A stretch of DNA of 61,352 nt, counting the filler. It is 4 parts of 4 records of this genome, joined end to end, with 100 filler letters (N's around TTAATTAATTAA, not from the genome) between each part and the next. Parts side by side here need not be neighbours in the genome. Positions count along the whole stretch, not along the records: positions 20,233 to 46,766 come from SRR31156797_12290; 3 more parts are not named here. The stretch is one strand, 5' to 3'. Of the stretch, positions 29,984 through 40,591 are shown one piece after another. Both the position numbers and the translations under genes were made by a program. Numbering within the stretch: position 1 is the first letter of the stretch; the number at the start of each line of letters is the position of its first letter. Below the pieces are notes generated by a model. It made no database searches, had not been told where the DNA came from, and saw only the letters and a program-made list of their open reading frames with translations.

Positions 29984-30300
29984 ATTAATTCCTTCTTCGT
30001 TGCGACAGTAAAAACACGCCAATGCGCGGAAAGCCGACACTGACCAAATCTAAACCCAGTACAGACTTTTTCAAAATTTGCTGACGTCTTGTAACTGATT
30101 TCTAAAACTTTATCTACGTCTTATCTCCACAGAAATTCAGTGTAATCGGTTACCTTTTAACTATTTACAAATTAATGCCCAGAGACACATAGCGCACAAT
30201 CTTCCTAATTTAATAGAACTTCCTTCTTATCTTGCGTTCTGCATCGCACAGTCATGGACACTTCTGTGCTGTAAAACCAACACGTCTTCGGCAAAAATTC

Positions 30301-30336
30301 AAAAAAAATGCCTCCGACATATTGTCGGAGGCATTT
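30301..30336 (-). terminator. Terminator after guaA
   Basis: AAATGCCTCCGACA-TAT-TGTCGGAGGCATTT with A-tract on + (T-tract on -). Confidence 0.85.
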
Positions 30337-30361
30337 AATTGATTCAATTCCGGGAAAAAAA

Positions 30362-31909
30362 TTATTCCCATTCGATGGTTGCCGGCGGCTTGGAGGAGAT
30401 ATCCAGAACCACGCGGTTAACACCTTTTACCTCGTTAATAATCCGATTGGACATACGTGCGAGGATATCATTGGGGATGCGGGACCAGTCAGCGGTCATG
30501 GCATCGATGCTATCTACAATGCGCAGCGCAATGACGTGTTCGTAGGTACGGTCATCGCCCATAACGCCGACAGTCTTGAGCGGCAGCAAAACAGCGAAGC
30601 CCTGCCAGACCTTGCGGTACCAGCCGGAAGCATGCATTTCGTTCTGTACGATCTTGTCAGCCTGACGCAGGATTTCAAGGCGATCTTCAGTAATTTCACC
30701 CAGAACACGGATAGCAAGACCCGGACCGGGGAAAGGCTGGCGCCAGATGATGAACTCCGGCAGACCCAGTTCATAGGCAACCTTGCGGACTTCATCTTTG
30801 AAAAGTTCACGCAGGGGTTCAACCAGATCGAGATCCATATCTTCGGGCAGTCCGCCAACGTTGTGGTGGGACTTAATGACTGCGGAGGGGCCTTTGAAGG
30901 ATTCGGACTCAATTACATCAGGGTACAGAGTTCCCTGTGCGAGGAATTTAACATCCTTGAGGGAGGTCGCTTCTTCGTTGAAAACATCAATGAAGGTGTA
31001 ACCGATGAGCTTGCGCTTCTTCTCAGGATCTTCAACGCCCTTGAGCTTATCAAGAAAGAGGTCTGCGGAATCAACGCATTTAACGTTAAGTTCAAAGTGC
31101 TCTTCAAGAAAGCCGATGACTTCTTCACGCTCGTGCATACGCAGCAGGCCGTTATCTACGAAGATGCAGTGCAGACGCTTACCGATGGCCTTGTGCAGAA
31201 GAACAGCAACAACAGTAGAGTCAATACCACCTGAAAGACCGAGAACAACCTGATTGTCGCCAATCTGTTCACGCATTTCCTTGATGCAATTCTCTACGAA
31301 AGAGGACATGGTCCAGTCAGCTTTCAGACCTGCAACTTTGAAAACAAAGTTGTTGATGATGGTAGTACCGCTCTCGGTGTGTGCCACTTCGGGGTGGAAC
31401 TGGAGAGCATACATTCTCTTTTCATCGTTAGCCATAGCTGCGAAAGGAATAGACTCGGTAGTACCGCAAACTTTGAATCCCTCGGGAATAGCTTCAACGC
31501 GGTCACCGTGGCTCATCCAGACAGTGAGTTTTTCAACGTCTTCGATTCCTTCGAAAAGAACACAGCTGGAATCGCCTTTGAATTCCGCACGACCGTATTC
31601 ACGGTCTTCGGAAGAAACAACGCGACCACCGAGATCGTTAGTCATGAGCTGCATGCCGTAGCAGATGCCGAGCACGGGTACGCCCAGCTCCAGCAGAGAG
31701 CTGTCCAACTGCGGGGACTCTTCTTCCAAAACGGAAGAAGGACCACCGGAGAGGATCAGCGCACCGGGGTTAAGATCTTTGATCTTCTGAGGATCAACAT
31801 TACAGGGGTGAATTTCAGAATACACACCCGCTTCACGGATTCTACGGGCGATCAGCTGAGTAAACTGAGACCCAAAATCCAGAATAATTACTTTATTATC
31901 GTGCTGCAT
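30362..31909 (-). CDS. guaA: GMP synthase
   Basis: [45 protein letters not shown]. Confidence 0.98.
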   Translation of the reverse strand: MQHDNKVIILDFGSQFTQLIARRIREAGVYSEIHPCNVDPQKIKDLNPGALILSGGPSSVLEEESPQLDSSLLELGVPVLGICYGMQLMTNDLGGRVVSSEDREYGRAEFKGDSSCVLFEGIEDVEKLTVWMSHGDRVEAIPEGFKVCGTTESIPFAAMANDEKRMYALQFHPEVAHTESGTTIINNFVFKVAGLKADWTMSSFVENCIKEMREQIGDNQVVLGLSGGIDSTVVAVLLHKAIGKRLHCIFVDNGLLRMHEREEVIGFLEEHFELNVKCVDSADLFLDKLKGVEDPEKKRKLIGYTFIDVFNEEATSLKDVKFLAQGTLYPDVIESESFKGPSAVIKSHHNVGGLPEDMDLDLVEPLRELFKDEVRKVAYELGLPEFIIWRQPFPGPGLAIRVLGEITEDRLEILRQADKIVQNEMHASGWYRKVWQGFAVLLPLKTVGVMGDDRTYEHVIALRIVDSIDAMTADWSRIPNDILARMSNRIINEVKGVNRVVLDISSKPPATIEWE

Positions 31910-31921
31910 GACGACTCCTGA

Positions 31922-33379
31922 TTAGTAGGAATCAACCCGGTAGTTGGGTGCTTCCTTGGTAATAATAACATCATGTACGTGGCTTTCCTTGAAACCGGCG
32001 GGAGACATGCGGGTGAACTGTGCTTTTTCTGCCATTTCAGCAATATTAGCACAACCAACATAACCCATACCGGAACGGAGTCCGCCGATTATCTGGTAGA
32101 CACTGTCGGAAACGGGTCCTTTGTAGGGGACGCGTCCAACAATTCCTTCGGGAACCAATTTGTTGGTATCCTTCTGGAAGTAACGGTCGGAGCTACCTTT
32201 CTTCATTGCATCAATGGAACCCATTCCGCGATAAAGCTTATAGCTGCGACCTTGATAAAGAACTTTTTCACCGGGGCTTTCATCGGTACCAGCAAACATG
32301 GAACCCATCATTACGGTATTTGCACCCGCAACCAGAGCTTTAACAACGTCACCGGAGAATTTGATACCACCATCGCCGATTACACATACACCGCGTTCCT
32401 GACAGGCACGGGCAGCTTCCATAATCGCGGTAATCTGCGGAACACCAACACCGGCAACAACACGGGTGGTGCAGATGGAACCGGGACCGATGCCAACTTT
32501 AACAGCATTTACACCGGCATCAATCAGAGCCATGGCACCGTCGTAAGTAGCAATGTTACCACCGATGATCTGAACACCTGGGTAGCAAGAACGGAGTTCC
32601 TTGATAGCCTCAAGGATGCCTTTGGAATGACCGTGTGCGGAATCAAGAGTCAGGAAGTCAACACCTGCGGAAATAAGCGCAGAGCTGCGTTCCATAAGAT
32701 CGCGGCCAACACCAACAGCAGCACCTACACGCAGGCGGCCTGCTGAATCCTTAGCTGCATTGGGGTACTTCTTGACCTTATCAATATCCTTAATGGTGAT
32801 CAGGCCGGTAAGCTTGTTTTCCTCGTCCACAACCAGCAGTTTTTCAATGCGGTTGGTGTGCAGGTGGCGTTTTGCCTCTTCAGTAGAGGTGCCTTTCTGT
32901 ACGGTAACGAGGTTACGGCTGGTCATCACTTCGGAAACAGGTGCATTACGGTCAGTGATGAAGCGTACGTCACGGTTGGTGATGATACCAACAAGGTGCT
33001 CACCTTTAACAACCGGGAAACCGGAAATTTTGAATTCAGCCATGAGGTCGAGAGCCTTACCCACGGTGTCATCAGGATGAACCACAATGGGATCGGTAAC
33101 CATACCGGACTCGGATTTTTTAACCCTTTCAACTTCACGTACCTGATCGCGTACGCTCATATTCTTATGAACTACGCCGACACCGCCGTGACGGGCCATC
33201 TGGATCGCCATCTTGGACTCGGTGACAGTATCCATTGCGGCACTGACCAGTGGGATTCCAAGAGTGATCTCTTCGGTAAGTTTGGCGGATACGTCCACGC
33301 TATCGGGAAGAACTTCCGAATAGGCGGGCAAAAGCAGAACATCGTCAAAAGTCAGAGCCTGACCTACTACCTTTTCCAT
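31922..33379 (-). CDS. guaB: IMP dehydrogenase
   Basis: [19 protein letters not shown] pair, [20 protein letters not shown]. Confidence 0.98.
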   Translation of the reverse strand: MEKVVGQALTFDDVLLLPAYSEVLPDSVDVSAKLTEEITLGIPLVSAAMDTVTESKMAIQMARHGGVGVVHKNMSVRDQVREVERVKKSESGMVTDPIVVHPDDTVGKALDLMAEFKISGFPVVKGEHLVGIITNRDVRFITDRNAPVSEVMTSRNLVTVQKGTSTEEAKRHLHTNRIEKLLVVDEENKLTGLITIKDIDKVKKYPNAAKDSAGRLRVGAAVGVGRDLMERSSALISAGVDFLTLDSAHGHSKGILEAIKELRSCYPGVQIIGGNIATYDGAMALIDAGVNAVKVGIGPGSICTTRVVAGVGVPQITAIMEAARACQERGVCVIGDGGIKFSGDVVKALVAGANTVMMGSMFAGTDESPGEKVLYQGRSYKLYRGMGSIDAMKKGSSDRYFQKDTNKLVPEGIVGRVPYKGPVSDSVYQIIGGLRSGMGYVGCANIAEMAEKAQFTRMSPAGFKESHVHDVIITKEAPNYRVDSY

Positions 33380-33412
33380 ATTGCCCTCGCAAAATGATTT
33401 GAAATATTAGCT

Positions 33413-33552
33413 AAAAGAAAAGAGAAATCATTACATATGATTCCTCTCAAGGGACCGCTCCGGTCGTTTTTGGCGATCTGCCGGGCAGCGGCACCATCAG
33501 TTTATCAGGGGTTTTGGCAGGTTCTTCCCTGCCGGAAATTTCAAATTTTTAT
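33413..33552 (-). promoter_or_regulatory. Structured 5' leader of guaBA with terminator-like hairpin (candidate attenuator/riboswitch)
   Basis: Minus-strand hairpins GGCAGG/CCTGCC and GACCG/CGGTC, then AGAGGAATCAT/ATGATTTCTCT followed by TTTCTTTT, before the ATG. Confidence 0.5.
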
Positions 33553-33558
33553 GAACTG

Positions 33559-33586
33559 ATTATATACTTTTTTGTCGCGGACTCAA
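33559..33586 (-). promoter_or_regulatory. sigma70 promoter for guaBA
   Basis: Minus strand TTGAGT-N16-TATAAT. Confidence 0.65.
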
Positions 33587-33665
33587 GGCCGGAACAGAAA
33601 AGTTATTTAAAGTGTTCGGCCCCGCATATTTGCAGGGCCGATTTTTGTCAACAATTATGTTTACC

Positions 33666-34373
33666 TTATAAGCCCAAATAGGCTTTTTTGATGTCCTCGT
33701 TAGCGAGTAGTTTGTCACTGGTATCCGAGAGTATTATTTCCCCGTTTTCCATGACATAACCCCGATGAGCTGTCTTCAATGCGAGGTTTGCATTCTGCTC
33801 GACCAGAAAAACGGTAGTGCCACTTTCCTCGTTAATTTTCTTAACAATATCAAAGATCTGCCGAATAATAAGTGGTGCAAGCCCCAAAGAAGGTTCATCA
33901 AGCAGCAAAAGTTTAGGTCGAGCCATGAGTGCACGGGAAATAGCAAGCATCTGCTGTTCACCACCTGAGAGGTTACCTCCAAGCTGCTTGCGGCGCTCAA
34001 AAAGAATGGGAAAAAGCTCGAAGACATGATCCATGTCAGCCTTGACCCCGTCCTTATCATCACGCAGGAACGCACCCATGTCGAGATTCTCGGTGATGGT
34101 CAGGTCCGGAAAGATCAAACGTCCTTCAGGAACCTGAGAGATACCCATCTTTACGATTTTGTCCGGCTTGGCCTTATGGATCGGCTCACCGTTGTAGAGC
34201 ACTTCACCTGTCCGGGGCGGTACAACTCCACTGACAGTCATCAGCGTTGTGGTTTTCCCCGCACCGTTGGCCCCGATAAGGGTGATAATTTCACCCTGCC
34301 CTACTTCGATATTAATATTTCGCAGGGCCTGAATATTTCCATAAAAAGTATTTACATTTTTAAGTTTAAGCAT
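33666..34373 (-). CDS. livF: Branched-chain amino acid ABC ATPase
   Basis: GANGAGKTT, VPEGR, LSGGEQQML, DEPSLGLAP, VEQNA. Confidence 0.95.
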   Translation of the reverse strand: MLKLKNVNTFYGNIQALRNINIEVGQGEIITLIGANGAGKTTTLMTVSGVVPPRTGEVLYNGEPIHKAKPDKIVKMGISQVPEGRLIFPDLTITENLDMGAFLRDDKDGVKADMDHVFELFPILFERRKQLGGNLSGGEQQMLAISRALMARPKLLLLDEPSLGLAPLIIRQIFDIVKKINEESGTTVFLVEQNANLALKTAHRGYVMENGEIILSDTSDKLLANEDIKKAYLGL

Positions 34374-35169
34374 CGACGAGTTCCTCCCCGAGATAAGCCT
34401 TGATTACAGCGGGGTTCTCGCTGACTTCTTGCGGTGTACCGTGGGCAATTTCACGCCCGTATTCAAGCACGAACAAACGGTCCGACAAAGACATTACCAT
34501 TTTCATATCATGCTCAATGAGCAGGACCGAAATCTTATGTTTGTCCTTGATGGAAACGATAAGTTCTTCAAGTTCCGACGTTTCCTGCGGATTCATACCC
34601 GCTGCAGGTTCGTCAAGAAGCAGAATAAACGGATCAGTTGCCAATGCACGGGCTATTTCCAGCCTGCGCTGTGCACCATAAGGCAGGTTACGGGCCAGCT
34701 CGTCCGCAAACTGATCAAGCCCGAGTTCCTGCAGAAGTTCGTAACTCTTAAGGATAGTTTCCTGTTCTTCCCTGCGGGTCCGCGGATCGCGGAAAACCGC
34801 GCCGAGGAAAGTTGCTTTGGTCCGGCAGTGACAACCGATCATGACGTTCTCAATAACCGACATGGACGGAAAAAGCCTGATGTTCTGAAAAGTACGGGCC
34901 ATTCCAAGTTCGGTTACCTTATTAGGCTTCATACCGTTAATGCGTTTGAAGCCTTCGCCATAAGGATCGATATTAACGTCACCCTCAGTGGGATTGTATA
35001 TTCCGGTGATGCAGTTGAAGAAGGTAGTTTTGCCTGCTCCGTTGGGTCCGATAAGAGCGACAATTTCCCCTTCCTTCACATCAAGATCAACATCATCCAG
35101 GGCACGCAGACCGCCAAAATCCTTACTAACGCCCTTAACTTGCAGAACAGTTCTTCTTTCATTACTCAT
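34366..35169 (-). CDS. livG: Branched-chain amino acid ABC ATPase
   Basis: GPNGAGKTT, RTFQNIRLF, LPYGAQRRLEIARAL, DEPAAGMN. Confidence 0.95.
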   Translation of the reverse strand: MSNERRTVLQVKGVSKDFGGLRALDDVDLDVKEGEIVALIGPNGAGKTTFFNCITGIYNPTEGDVNIDPYGEGFKRINGMKPNKVTELGMARTFQNIRLFPSMSVIENVMIGCHCRTKATFLGAVFRDPRTRREEQETILKSYELLQELGLDQFADELARNLPYGAQRRLEIARALATDPFILLLDEPAAGMNPQETSELEELIVSIKDKHKISVLLIEHDMKMVMSLSDRLFVLEYGREIAHGTPQEVSENPAVIKAYLGEELVDA

Positions 35170-36385
35170 GGGCGCCACCTAAAGCCTTTTTCACAGCACT
35201 TATATCAATTTTCCTGCGGACATCCCGAACCAGTCCCTGCGGCCTGAAAACCATAACCAGAACCATGGTCGCACCGAAGATGAGCATACGGTATTCTGAG
35301 AAATCCCTCATATATTCCGGCAGTAAGATAAGCACCAGTGCACCAAGAATAACCCCGAGAATAGAGCCCATACCACCGAGAACAACAATGGACAGAATAA
35401 TTGCAGATTCAAGGAATGTGAATGATGCAGGGTTGATGAAGGTGGTCTTAGCAGCGAAAACAACTCCGACCATACCAGCCCATGTAGCACCAAGCGAGAA
35501 AGCCATGAGCTTGGTCTTCATCTTGTCGATCCCCATGGCCTGACAAGCTATCTCATCCTCACGCAGGGCCTGCCATGCACGGCCGATGCGGGAATTCTTT
35601 AACCTATTAACTACAAAGATAGTAAAAACCACCAGCACCAGCATCAGGTAATACATGAAGTTGATCTGAGCCAGAAATCCTTTGGCAAGGCCGAAGAATT
35701 CTGGACGGGCGATGTTGGAGATACCGGAAGGACCATGGGTAAATGAACCCCAGTTTTCCAGCACAAGACGGATAATCTCACCAAAACCAAGGGTTACGAT
35801 AGCAAGATAGTCACCGCGCAGACGCAAAACCGGAAAACCGAGCAGAATACCGCAAAGGGCACCAAGCAAAGCACCGAGCGGCAAGGCCACCCAGAAACTG
35901 ATTCCCCAATACATGTTCATAAGCGCGTAGGAATATGCTCCCACCGCGTAAAAGGCCACAAAACCAAGGTCGAGCAACCCGGCCAGACCGACAACAATAT
36001 TCAACCCCAGCCCCAGCACCACATAAATAAGCGCCGAAGTCATGACGTTGACCTGATACATTGAAAACAATTTAGGAAATGCAACGGCAAAACCAGCCAC
36101 AGCGATAAGCGCAGGCCAGTATACTTTGGGATTGGCCATCAGTTTACTGAAAAGGGTAACCTTCTCAGCGCTGGCCTGTTCTTCCGCCTTCTGCCCTTTC
36201 TCCTTACGCTCAAGCATAAAACGCCAGAGAAAGGAAAGGACAAAGGCCGCCGCCCCCACATATAAAACCCGGTCCAAATGCCAGGTAACAGACTTATCAA
36301 TGGTATTCACGAAGACCCCCATAATGGGTAGGGTCAAGAACATGAACCACAATGAAGCCAGTATAGATTTTTTCAAGCCTTCCAT
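35162..36385 (-). CDS. livM: Branched-chain amino acid ABC permease
   Basis: GLNIVVGLAGLLDLG, LRLRGDYLAIVTLGFGE, REDEIA. Confidence 0.95.
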   Translation of the reverse strand: MEGLKKSILASLWFMFLTLPIMGVFVNTIDKSVTWHLDRVLYVGAAAFVLSFLWRFMLERKEKGQKAEEQASAEKVTLFSKLMANPKVYWPALIAVAGFAVAFPKLFSMYQVNVMTSALIYVVLGLGLNIVVGLAGLLDLGFVAFYAVGAYSYALMNMYWGISFWVALPLGALLGALCGILLGFPVLRLRGDYLAIVTLGFGEIIRLVLENWGSFTHGPSGISNIARPEFFGLAKGFLAQINFMYYLMLVLVVFTIFVVNRLKNSRIGRAWQALREDEIACQAMGIDKMKTKLMAFSLGATWAGMVGVVFAAKTTFINPASFTFLESAIILSIVVLGGMGSILGVILGALVLILLPEYMRDFSEYRMLIFGATMVLVMVFRPQGLVRDVRRKIDISAVKKALGGAHE

Positions 36386-36453
36386 ATTAAGAAAATTCCA
36401 TTTTTATCATTTTCACTCAGCGGGAAGCTGTTCCCGCACCATCAGCCGCGCTG

Positions 36454-37356
36454 TTACACCTTCTGGATCGGAGCCTTGCCAAGAAGTCCTGAGGGCCTAA
36501 AGATAAGGATAAGAACCAGCAGTGCGAAAGCGAAGACGTCTTCGTAGTCACTGGAAACATATCCGGTGCAGAAACTTTCGGTCCAGCCAAGAATAAGACC
36601 ACCCAGCATAGCACCGGGAACGGAACCGATTCCGCCGAGAACAGCGGCTGTGAAAGCCTTGATACCAGCGATAAATCCAATAAAAAAGTTGATCTGCCCG
36701 ATATGCGAGGCAATAAGCACACCACCGACTGCCGCAAGAGCGGAACCAATAACGAATGTGGCGGAAATAACCTGATCAACATTAATACCTACAAGCATGG
36801 CCATTTTACGGTTCTGAGCCGTGGCGCGCATGGCCTTACCCATCCTGGTAAACTTGATAAAAAGGTTGAGGGCAACCATGACCACAGCTGCTACGACAAT
36901 GATAACAAAGTCTGACGAGCCGACCATGGATTCAAATTTCCCGAGAAAATGAAATTCGGGAATCAGGTTAGGGAAGGAAAGAAAATCGGATGTCTGGGAG
37001 AGCATCACATAGTTCTGGAGAAAAATGGACATACCGATAGCGGAAATGAGCGGAGAAAGTCTCGGCGCACCACGCAACGGACGGTAGGCGATTTTCTCAA
37101 TGGTATAACCATATGCTGCAGCATAAATAATCGCCGCAATGGAAGCCAGAACAATGATGGAAGCCGCTGGAAAACCAAAGCTGGTCAGGATTCCAGCGAC
37201 AACGAGTCCCACAAATGCCCCGATCATATAAATTTCACCGTGGGCAAAGTTGATCAATTCGATAATACCATAAACCATGGTGTAACCAAGGGCGATAAGC
37301 GCATAAATGCTTCCCCTGGTCAGACCACTGAAAAATAATTCCAGAAAATATTCCAT
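36454..37356 (-). CDS. livH: Branched-chain amino acid ABC permease
   Basis: YALIALGYTMVYG..INFAHGE, KAFTAAVLGGIG. Confidence 0.95.
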   Translation of the reverse strand: MEYFLELFFSGLTRGSIYALIALGYTMVYGIIELINFAHGEIYMIGAFVGLVVAGILTSFGFPAASIIVLASIAAIIYAAAYGYTIEKIAYRPLRGAPRLSPLISAIGMSIFLQNYVMLSQTSDFLSFPNLIPEFHFLGKFESMVGSSDFVIIVVAAVVMVALNLFIKFTRMGKAMRATAQNRKMAMLVGINVDQVISATFVIGSALAAVGGVLIASHIGQINFFIGFIAGIKAFTAAVLGGIGSVPGAMLGGLILGWTESFCTGYVSSDYEDVFAFALLVLILIFRPSGLLGKAPIQKV

Positions 37357-37378
37357 TTGGTCCCTGCTGAATCAAGAC

Positions 37379-37409
37379 TCAGGGGACAGGAGTGCACCTG
37401 TCCCCTGAA
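37379..37409. promoter_or_regulatory. Intercistronic stem-loop after the binding-protein gene
   Basis: TCAGGGGACAGG-N7-CCTGTCCCCTGA perfect stem with no U-tract; typical of an mRNA-stabilising hairpin. Confidence 0.6.
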
Positions 37410-37431
37410 CCGGAATTGCTAAAAAAGAAGC

Positions 37432-38550
37432 TTAGTCAACTTCTACGTACTCACCGTTTTTCACCTGATAAACAGAGAAACCTACACCGATAGCATCACC
37501 CTTGGCATCGAACTTAATCTTACCAACGGGAGTTTCAACTTCGTTGGTGCGCAGAGCTTCAACGATTTTGTCGTAATCAGTGGACTTGGCATTTTCAATA
37601 GCCTTGAGCAGAGCCAAAGCTGCGGAATATGCTTCAAAGTAGAAAGCACCGGGCTCAGCACCGTAGTGAGAATCTTTGTACTGCTTGAGAGCAACCTTAT
37701 ACATGGGATTACCGGTAATGTCCTGAGGGCCGGTAGCGTAAACGCCTTCAGCAGCATCGCCGGCGATGTCGATAAAAGTCTGAGCCTTAACACCGTCGTC
37801 GGAAAGGAAGGGGATGGTCATTTTCTTTTTGCGCATCTGGGAAACAACCTTGGATGCTTCAGGATGGTAACCACCGAAAATAACACCGTCAGCGCCGGAA
37901 GCTTTTACCTTCTGTACTACAGCGGAATAATCCACAGCACCGGGGGTAACGCCTTCGAACAGAACAGGCTCAACACCTTTTTCCTTGATGTACTTCATAG
38001 TGTACTCAGCGAAACCTTTACCGTAGTCACCTTTATCATGGATGATAGCGGGCTTTTTGAGGCCGAGCTTTTCAATAGCAAACATGGCTGCCAATGCACC
38101 CTGAGCGTCATCGGAAGCGATGGTTCTGAAAAAGTTGGGATAGTCGCCGCTTAAGGTCAGCGAGGGGCTGGTTGCGGAAGGAGACATGCAGACCAGATTG
38201 GAATCTTTATAGATAGGAAGGGCTGCTTTGGTCGGACCGGAACAAATGTGGCCGAGAACAACATTTACCTGATCGGAAAGAAGTTTCATGGCCGCGTTGG
38301 TGGCGAATTCAGGTTTGCACTGGTCATCCTGAAGAGAAAGGACAACCTGATCACCGTTCACACCGCCAGATTCGTTGATAGCATTAACAACAAGCTTAGC
38401 AGCTTCAACTGTAGGAAGACCGTAGGAAGCGAGGTCGCCACTGTGGGCGCCAGGGACACCGAGAACAATTTTGCCTGCTGATGCAGAACCGAAACTACCG
38501 ATGGTCATCATAGCTGCGACCAGCAGAACCAGCAATGAACGTTTCATCAT
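37432..38550 (-). CDS. livK: Branched-chain amino acid ABC substrate-binding protein (LivJ/K family)
   Basis: Signal peptide; DDQCKP, GHICSG, FFRT..DDAQG, HDK..YGKG. Start set at ATG 38550 after AAGGAG. Confidence 0.9.
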   Translation of the reverse strand: MMKRSLLVLLVAAMMTIGSFGSASAGKIVLGVPGAHSGDLASYGLPTVEAAKLVVNAINESGGVNGDQVVLSLQDDQCKPEFATNAAMKLLSDQVNVVLGHICSGPTKAALPIYKDSNLVCMSPSATSPSLTLSGDYPNFFRTIASDDAQGALAAMFAIEKLGLKKPAIIHDKGDYGKGFAEYTMKYIKEKGVEPVLFEGVTPGAVDYSAVVQKVKASGADGVIFGGYHPEASKVVSQMRKKKMTIPFLSDDGVKAQTFIDIAGDAAEGVYATGPQDITGNPMYKVALKQYKDSHYGAEPGAFYFEAYSAALALLKAIENAKSTDYDKIVEALRTNEVETPVGKIKFDAKGDAIGVGFSVYQVKNGEYVEVD

Positions 38551-39024
38551 AACACTCCTTGACTGCGTTGATTTGGGCCGTTCGAGCCCGGTTACCGTAT
38601 TCACCTGCGTAACAACTCGTGATTCGCCACAAGAAGAAAACGTGAATAACCCTATCATGTTATTGTAGCTGTTGAAAACAACTGACTACGACAATTCATT
38701 GATTTCTCGCTGCTAATGTCCTGATCCGGCAAGACGGACATAATAAAATTGCGAGATAATCAATCTGTCTTAAGTATTAATTACCCAGCATTGAGCAAAC
38801 TTGTCAATGTTTGGCTGAAAATCACGAATAAAGTAAGCCAAATCAACCGACTCGTAAATAAATAGTCTGTTTTACCCCTTTTTAACCCCGCTAAAAAATA
38901 GATAATTCGAAGTAACCGCTCACTATTTCTTTTTTCATCAATATTACACCTCAAGACTCAGCATATACAAAAAAAGGGAACCCGTTTTTTGCGGATTCCC
39001 TTCTTCAGTGTATGTATTTCAAAA

Positions 39025-39648
39025 CTATTGATCAGCGTGAGCATCCCGTTTCAGTTCATCTTCAGCACGCTTTTTCATTTCAGCCGAAGATTTGGGGTTA
39101 TCAATAATCTGCTTCAGCTGAACATCAGCTTCTTCATGCTTATGCAGGTAGTATTTTTTCACGATGGCAGCATTAAACAGTGCCATGGAATCATCCGGGG
39201 TAATAGCTATAATCTTATCAAAAGCTTCAGCAGCCTTATCGAACTGTTCAGCCTGATAAAAACACATACCCAGTCCCATCAGAGCCTGCACATTTTTCGG
39301 CTCAACGCTGACCACTTTTTCAAAGAAGGTCTGCGCGCGGCCATAGGCCCTGATCATCATGAAGGAATTAGCGAGCTCGAGCTGGATTTCCAAATTGTCC
39401 GGTTCCTTGCCCATACGCTCCATGAGTTCACGAACATGCTTCATAGCATCTTCACTCATTCCCTCACCCATGCCACCGGGCATTCCACCACCGCTGCTGC
39501 GCTGCTGGAATTCAACCTTATTGCCGGGGTGGCTCATACGGTAAGTGAGCGATGAAACAAACAACGCTACGAGAGCCAAACCCAACAGCCAGACGACAGC
39601 TTTCTGTCCTCCGCTGAGGGTAAAGTCTTTGAGAGATTTACTTGTCAT
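39025..39648 (-). CDS. Membrane-anchored TPR protein (CcmI/CycH-like partner of the ccm operon)
   Basis: One TM, Gly/Met linker, TPR repeats; last gene of the ccm cluster. Start set at ATG 39648, overlapping the ccmD end. Confidence 0.8.
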   Translation of the reverse strand: MTSKSLKDFTLSGGQKAVVWLLGLALVALFVSSLTYRMSHPGNKVEFQQRSSGGGMPGGMGEGMSEDAMKHVRELMERMGKEPDNLEIQLELANSFMMIRAYGRAQTFFEKVVSVEPKNVQALMGLGMCFYQAEQFDKAAEAFDKIIAITPDDSMALFNAAIVKKYYLHKHEEADVQLKQIIDNPKSSAEMKKRAEDELKRDAHADQ

Positions 39649-39778
39649 TATCGAGCATCTCCATCTGCCTGATACGGCGGTCCATGGATGCACCCTTGGC
39701 CGCGATAAATGCCAGATAACCGGCAAGAACGGCCCAAACAGCAATATTCGCAATCAGAAGATAATTTTCACTGTTCAT
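39638..39778 (-). CDS. ccmD: CcmD-like heme exporter small protein (46 aa, not in the ORF track)
   Basis: MNSENYLLIANIAVWAVLAGYLAFIAAKGASMDRRIRQMEMLDNDK: one TM plus charged tail; SD AAGGAG; follows ccmC. Confidence 0.82.
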   Translation of the reverse strand: MNSENYLLIANIAVWAVLAGYLAFIAAKGASMDRRIRQMEMLDNDK

Positions 39779-39790
39779 TATATATACTCC

Positions 39791-39870
39791 TTGCCTTCGG
39801 CGACCCTCCGGGGGCTTAACCCCTTTGAGAAGGGTTTAAAAATCCCAACCTTTTCAGTAGGACTTCGCCG
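39791..39870 (+). repeat. Complete dispersed hairpin repeat inside the ccm operon
   Basis: TTGCCTTCGGCGACCCTCCGGGGGC-TTAACCCCTT..AAGGGTTTAA-AAATCCCAACCTTTTCAGTAGGACTTCGCCG between ccmC and ccmD. Confidence 0.88.
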
Positions 39871-39891
39871 TTTTGTATGGCAATTTGTCAG

Positions 39892-40557
39892 TTAATCTTG
39901 ATCCCAAACCATGCGGGCATCTAATTTGCCCGAAAGCCTTACCTGACGGTAACGTACCAGCAGCAAGACCAGCCAGAACAAACCAAATGCAGCCAGATTA
40001 ACCAGCAAAGTGGTCAACATTTCAGGCTCCATCCCGCCGCCCTTTGCACCGATTACGTTGGGATGTACACTTCTCCAGAGTCGCGCAGAGTAAAAAACGA
40101 GAGGGACATCTACAAATGCGACAACTCCGAGAACCGCACAGACAAGGGAGCGGCGTTCAGCCGACATGGGTGAAGTCCTGAGCACGAGATAAGCGGCATA
40201 GACAAACCACATAATTAATGTAGTGGTCAGCCGCGGGTCCCATGTCCACCAGACATTCCATGCTGCCCTGCCCCAAATAGAACCGGTAACAAGAGCCAGA
40301 CCGCTGAAAACAACTCCGATCTCAGCAGCTGATCCGGCAATGTAATCAAACTTGATATCACGTTTCAGCAAATACGCCGCACTGGCGAGGAAGACCACGA
40401 AAAAACTGATCATGGCCCACGCCGCCATTGGCATGTGGACATAGAAAATCTTCTGAACAAGCCCCATGGTCATTTCAATGGGTGCATACATCCAGATGAG
40501 ATACTGTCCGGCACAGAGCGCTGCACCAGCCAGCAGTGCTGCGATTGCAAGGTTCAT
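39892..40557 (-). CDS. ccmC: Cytochrome c biogenesis protein CcmC
   Basis: [29 protein letters not shown] (WWD domain), W.SVHP. Confidence 0.95.
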   Translation of the reverse strand: MNLAIAALLAGAALCAGQYLIWMYAPIEMTMGLVQKIFYVHMPMAAWAMISFFVVFLASAAYLLKRDIKFDYIAGSAAEIGVVFSGLALVTGSIWGRAAWNVWWTWDPRLTTTLIMWFVYAAYLVLRTSPMSAERRSLVCAVLGVVAFVDVPLVFYSARLWRSVHPNVIGAKGGGMEPEMLTTLLVNLAAFGLFWLVLLLVRYRQVRLSGKLDARMVWDQD

Positions 40558-40591
40558 TTATAAACTCCGTAAACTATATTAAACGACCAGC

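Noticed and set aside
33490-33535. guaB leader as a fluoride riboswitch (hairpin-AAAACC...CUGAUG resemblance)
   Set aside because: Lacks the conserved GAUG loop and pseudoknot complement, and the gene context does not fit.
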